From Gemmatimonadota bacterium (GTDB lineage Bacteria; Gemmatimonadota; Gemmatimonadetes; Longimicrobiales; Gaopeijiaceae): a DNA stretch of 58,935 nt. The stretch lies in assembly GCA_007122885.1 (NCBI GenBank), contig SKSR01000132.1, forward strand, positions 1-58,935, read 5' to 3'. Under the pieces are notes generated by a model. It did no database searches. It had not been told where the DNA came from and worked only from the letters and a program-made list of their open reading frames with translations. Both the position numbers and the translations under genes were made by a program. Shown in pieces: positions 55,292 to 58,935 of the stretch (the stretch's first letter is position 1; the number at the start of each line of letters is the position of its first letter).

Positions 55292-57643
55292 ATGGAGTCG
55301 GTCCCCGCGCCGCTCTCTCCTCCGACCGCACTCCCTTCGGGGGCTCCCCCCCCGGCCTGCCGACCCACGGTGCGGTGCCGGGCGGCCCTGGCCGGGCTGG
55401 CGCTCGCCCTTGCCCCCACGGTAGCGTTCACCGCCCCGGAGGCCGCCGGGGCCCAGGAGAACGGAGTGGAGGCTCGCCCTTCCGTGGAGGCCACCCGGAT
55501 CCCCGACGGAACGGACGTCCGCATCGACGGACACCTGAACGAGGAGGTGTGGAGCCTGGCCGAGCCCCTCACCGACTTCCGCCAGCAGGATCCGGTAGAG
55601 GGCGGACTGCCCTCGGAGCCGACGGAGATTCGGCTCCTCTTCGATTCCCACGCCCTCTACATCGGAGCCATGTTCTACGACTCCGATCCCTCGGGGATCC
55701 TGGCCCACCAGCTGGAACGGAACGCTGGCCTGGGGACCGACGACCGCTTCATGTGGATCCTGGACACCTTCCAGGATGGCCGGACGGGGTACTTCTTCGA
55801 GATCAACCCGGCGGGGCTCATGGGGGACGGGCTTATCGGCGGCGGAGGAGGTGGTCTCAACAAGCGTTGGGACGGCATCTGGGAGGTCCGGACGCAGATC
55901 CTCCCGAACGGTTGGTCGGCGGAGATTCGGATCCCCTTCTCCACCCTGAACTTCGATTCCCAGGGGGACACCTGGGGGATCAACTTCCAGCGCACCATCC
56001 GGCGGAAGAGCGAGGAGATCCTCTGGAGCGGGTGGAGACGCAACGAGAGCCTCTTCCGCCCGGTGAGCGCCGGGGAGCTTCGCGGGCTCGAGGGAATCAA
56101 CCAGGGCGTGGGTGTGGAGGTGAGGCCCTACGTGGTTGCCCACGGAAACCAGTCGCCGGCCCTGGGGACGGGGTGGGACACCGAAGCCAAGGTGGGGATG
56201 GACCTCTCCTACTCCATCACCCCCTCCCTCCGGGCTGGGGTCACGGTGAACACCGACTTCGCCGAAGTGGAGGTGGATCAGCGCCGGGTGAACCTCACCC
56301 GGTTCCCCCTCCAGTTCCCGGAACAGCGGGGGTTTTTCCTGGAGGGGTCCGGCGTCCACTCCTTCAACTGGGCCAATCCGTTCTTCAGCCGCCGGATCGG
56401 ATTGGTGCAGGGGCAGGAGGTGCCCATCCGCTATGGGGCCCGGCTGGGGGGAAATGCCGGTCGGTACGAGCTGGGCTTCTACCAGATCCGCACCGGCGAG
56501 GCCCCGCTGGAGCTGGGGGGGATCGATGGCCTCTGGCCGACCGAGGACTTCACAGTGGGGCGGGTGCGTAGGAGCCTCTTCCAGCAGTCCCATGTGGGCG
56601 CGGTGTACACCCGCCGGAGCACGGCCTTCGATCCCGTGGAGGGGCCCCGGTCCGAGGGGCTCCCGGGTCGACACACCGTGGGGGGGGATTTCAACCTCTT
56701 CACCTCCCAGGCCCTGGGGCGCTTCAACGCTCAGATCGAGGGCTTCATGATCTTCCACACCGACCCCACGGGCGAGGTGGGGTTCCTGTCCCCGGACCAT
56801 CGGTCTCGTGGGTATCGGTGGAGCTTTCCCAACGACCTGATCCGACTCCACTCCTCGTACCGGGACTTCGGGAGGGGATGGGATCCAGCGGTGGGATTCG
56901 CACCGCGTCGTGGGTTCCGGAGGCACCAGCCCACCCTCACCATCGCCCCCCGCCCCCAGTGGATCGCCTCCGTCCGTCAGATGGAGCACCAGTTCTACTT
57001 CGAGTACCTTACCGACTGGGACAACCGCCTCCTCACCCGGCTGTTCCGCGTCCAGCCCCTCCAGGTGAACTTCGAGAGCGGGGACCGGTTCGGCTTCCAG
57101 GTGGAGCGGGAATTCGAGCGCCTGGAGCGGACCTTCACCATTTACGAGAGCGGGGAGGATTCGGTGGTCATCCCGGAGGGAGACTACTACTCCTGGGGAT
57201 GGGGGGTCGGAGGACAGACCGCGGGCCGCCGGACGCTCTCCGGCTCGGTGGACCTGGGGCGCTCCGATTTCTGGGACGGGGAGCGGACCCAGTTCGATCT
57301 CCGGGGGACGGTGCGCCCCCGGCGGGGCGTCTCCATATCCACCGACTACCAGCGGAACGAGGTGCGGTTGGAGCAGGGCGCCTTCGACACGAACCTGGTC
57401 CGGCTCTCGGGCTCATGGAACCTGAGCCCCCTCACCTCCTTCACCGGGAACATCCAATACGACGATGTCTCCCGGGTGGTGGGGCTCTTCGCCCGGGCTC
57501 GGTGGATCGTCCGTCCCGGAAGCGACGTCTTCCTGGTCTGGACCCACAACTGGCGGAACGAGGTGGCTCGCCTCCTGGACCGGGAATTCGTGACCCTCTC
57601 CCGGGGAGGAGCCGTGAAGGTGAACTACAGCTACCGGTTCTGA
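55292..57643 (+). CDS. CBM9-like / DUF5916-family secreted (probably outer-membrane beta-barrel) protein
   Basis: Signal peptide (ALAGLALALAPTVAFTAPEAAGA). CBM9-like DGHLNEEVWSLAEPLTDFRQQDP...LYIGAMFYD...GYFFEINPAGLMGD...WDGIWEV...GWSAEIRIPFSTLNF. Long beta-rich C-terminus ending VKVNYSYRF. Confidence 0.8.
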   Translation: MESVPAPLSPPTALPSGAPPPACRPTVRCRAALAGLALALAPTVAFTAPEAAGAQENGVEARPSVEATRIPDGTDVRIDGHLNEEVWSLAEPLTDFRQQDPVEGGLPSEPTEIRLLFDSHALYIGAMFYDSDPSGILAHQLERNAGLGTDDRFMWILDTFQDGRTGYFFEINPAGLMGDGLIGGGGGGLNKRWDGIWEVRTQILPNGWSAEIRIPFSTLNFDSQGDTWGINFQRTIRRKSEEILWSGWRRNESLFRPVSAGELRGLEGINQGVGVEVRPYVVAHGNQSPALGTGWDTEAKVGMDLSYSITPSLRAGVTVNTDFAEVEVDQRRVNLTRFPLQFPEQRGFFLEGSGVHSFNWANPFFSRRIGLVQGQEVPIRYGARLGGNAGRYELGFYQIRTGEAPLELGGIDGLWPTEDFTVGRVRRSLFQQSHVGAVYTRRSTAFDPVEGPRSEGLPGRHTVGGDFNLFTSQALGRFNAQIEGFMIFHTDPTGEVGFLSPDHRSRGYRWSFPNDLIRLHSSYRDFGRGWDPAVGFAPRRGFRRHQPTLTIAPRPQWIASVRQMEHQFYFEYLTDWDNRLLTRLFRVQPLQVNFESGDRFGFQVEREFERLERTFTIYESGEDSVVIPEGDYYSWGWGVGGQTAGRRTLSGSVDLGRSDFWDGERTQFDLRGTVRPRRGVSISTDYQRNEVRLEQGAFDTNLVRLSGSWNLSPLTSFTGNIQYDDVSRVVGLFARARWIVRPGSDVFLVWTHNWRNEVARLLDREFVTLSRGGAVKVNYSYRF

Positions 57644-58085
57644 AGCCACTGGCCCTGAGGGAAGGGTTCCTTCCGCGGAGGCGTGTGCCTTCCGGGGGGC
57701 CGGTATGGACCGGAGCCAGCGAACCAAAGGCTCAACGCGCGTTCCTCGCCATCGACCAGGACAAAGATGATCAGAGTGGGGTGAGGGGTGTGGTCGAGGC
57801 ATGGGAGATGTGTGATCGGTGGGAGCGACCCCTCCTTGAATGGCATGATCGCCCGGCTCGAAGGTCGCGTACAGCGTGCGGGTTCATTCCGGCCTGGAGG
57901 TGATTCGTACCGGATCTTCCCCCCTTCATGCTGCGATCAGTGCAGCGCTCCGAGCTGCTCCCGCTCGTCCGTACCGGGGCCACGTTCATCGACGGGGAGC
58001 AACCGGGGCGAGAGGACCAAGAAGACGCGGAGAGGATCGCCGCTTGATCATCCCAATCCACAACTCTTGACGATACCTCATCAAC

Positions 58086-58687
58086 GTGGATGACCGTCCA
58101 GCCTACCATGAGGAACTTCTGGAGATCGTGGAGGCCACGGCCGTTGTGTTCGCCGAGAGTGGATTCCATGGAGCGAGCATCCGGGACATTGCGGCTGCCG
58201 CCGGGATGAATCTGTCGGGGCTGTACTGCTATGTGAGGAGTAAGGAAGAGATCCGCTTTCTGATCCAGGGGCGATGCCTGCAGGCCCTTCTCAAGCAGTT
58301 GGGAGAGGGTATGAACACGATCTCCGATCCCAGGTCCCGACTTCGGCTGCTGGTGCAGAACCACCTGCATTCCTTCGCCCGGGAAAGCTCGGCGATGAAG
58401 ATCCCTACCCATGAGATCAATGTGCTGGCGGGAGAGCATGGGGACCGGATCCAGTGCTTGAAGTGAAGCGCCGCTACGGTCGCGTGGCCACGGAGGTTCT
58501 GGCCGAACTCCGACCCGACGAGGGCCCCCGTCTTCGTACGGCTGCATATGCCCTGTTCGCGATGATGGACCGAGTCTACACATGGTACCCTCCGGAGAAA
58601 GATTTGCCCGTGACCATGCTTGATGAGGAGATGGTCAATCTTTTCCTCCCCGCACTCCTGGTGGGTGGAGTTGACCCGGGAGTTTGA
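58086..58687 (+). pseudogene. TetR-family transcriptional regulator with an apparent 1-nt frameshift near 58450
   Basis: N-terminal HTH (FAESGFHGASIRDIAAAAGMNLSGLYCYVRSKEE) in ORF 58086-58466. The C-terminal ligand domain continues in a different frame (58454-58687, LEVKRRYGRVATEVLAEL...). This is either a true frameshift or a sequence error. Confidence 0.65.
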
Positions 58688-58730
58688 GCCCTCAGAGGGA
58701 ACGATCAGGCACTGGGTCAAGCGGGCTGAT
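58665..58730 (+). mobile_element. Short remnant of an IS3-family OrfA (HTH segment only)
   Basis: VELTREFEPSEGTIRHWVKRAD matches the ELAREFEPS..TIRNWV.QAD signature I recall from IS3-family transposase OrfA. No OrfB, frameshift site or inverted repeats are visible. Confidence 0.45.
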
Positions 58731-58737
58731 TGGACGA

Positions 58738-58935
58738 AGGCCTTCGAGCGCTCTTCCACGGCGAAGGCATCAAGGGCCAGCGGTCGGCTGTCGGCATCCT
58801 CCCGGATGAGGACCTCGGGGTCGTGATCGGCGAAGGCGCTGAACGCGATGACGAAGACGATCACCGGCGTCTTTCCGGGATCGAGCTCTTCGAGCACCTG
58901 GAAGGCATCGAGCTCGGGCACTTGGCCCGCAGCCA
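58738..58935 (-). pseudogene. Fragment of a response-regulator receiver domain (partial, runs off the right edge, truncated at the IS3 remnant)
   Basis: Minus-strand ...QVPELDAFQVLEELDPGKTPVIVFVIAFSAFADHDPEV... resembles the MP..DG.EV...TPVIFVTAY.EYA core of LytTR-type regulators. No DNA-binding domain follows. Confidence 0.4.

Noticed and set aside
57771-58583. 270-aa minus-strand ORF spanning the TetR region.
   Set aside because: It runs antisense to the TetR HTH-encoding sequence, which has a clear family signature. The ORF product is Arg/Ser/Gly/Pro-rich with no motifs.
1-58935. Looked for CRISPR arrays, rRNA, long tandem repeats and complete insertion sequences.
   Set aside because: No regularly spaced repeats and no rRNA-like conserved stretches were seen. 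The only repeats are the short ones listed. The only transposase trace is the 66-nt IS3 OrfA relic.

Overview
Visibly GC-rich bacterial chromosomal window (GC not computed). I support about 50 protein-coding genes. I found no rRNA, tRNA or CRISPR array by eye. Lineage is unknown; the Big_1 lipoproteins and CBM9/DUF5916 proteins hint at a Gemmatimonadota-like organism, which is inference only.

Left and centre (1-48.8 kb) look like ordinary core genome:
- Metabolism: hydantoinase/oxoprolinase, trpE, a pabB-pabA-pabC operon, sucA, a giant NAD-glutamate dehydrogenase, udp, an acyl-CoA dehydrogenase and an M20 peptidase.
- Stress and redox: ECF sigma factor, PspA-like protein, GlsB/YeaQ protein, Bcp, ArsC/Spx-family protein and an OsmC-like protein.
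- Other: a membrane-anchored SbcCD/YhaON-like nuclease-ATPase pair and a four-gene type IV minor-pilin operon.
- Operons are tightly packed. Many starts overlap the preceding stop by 4 nt (ATGA, GTGA or TTGA) at 9845, 20333, 20950, 27920, 28171, 33309-33312, 41762, 43074 and 50501.

The right-hand ~10 kb (48.9-58.9 kb) is a decayed mosaic:
- Fragments and pseudogenes: a 5-prime-truncated histidine-kinase fragment, an internally deleted CBM9/DUF5916 paralog, an MFS-transporter remnant, a frameshifted TetR gene, a ~66-nt IS3 OrfA remnant and a truncated response-regulator fragment.
- These surround an intact-looking LytS kinase / degenerate LytS paralog / LytTR regulator module and one full-length CBM9/DUF5916 gene.

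The most interesting signal is an OsmC-like gene (28171-28638). It is interrupted by one in-frame TGA exactly where the family carries its conserved N-proximal Cys, and a GC-rich hairpin with a G-rich loop follows 19 nt downstream. This makes it a candidate selenocysteine (UGA-recoded) OsmC peroxidase.

All functional calls come from motif recognition in the supplied translations. No database search was run.
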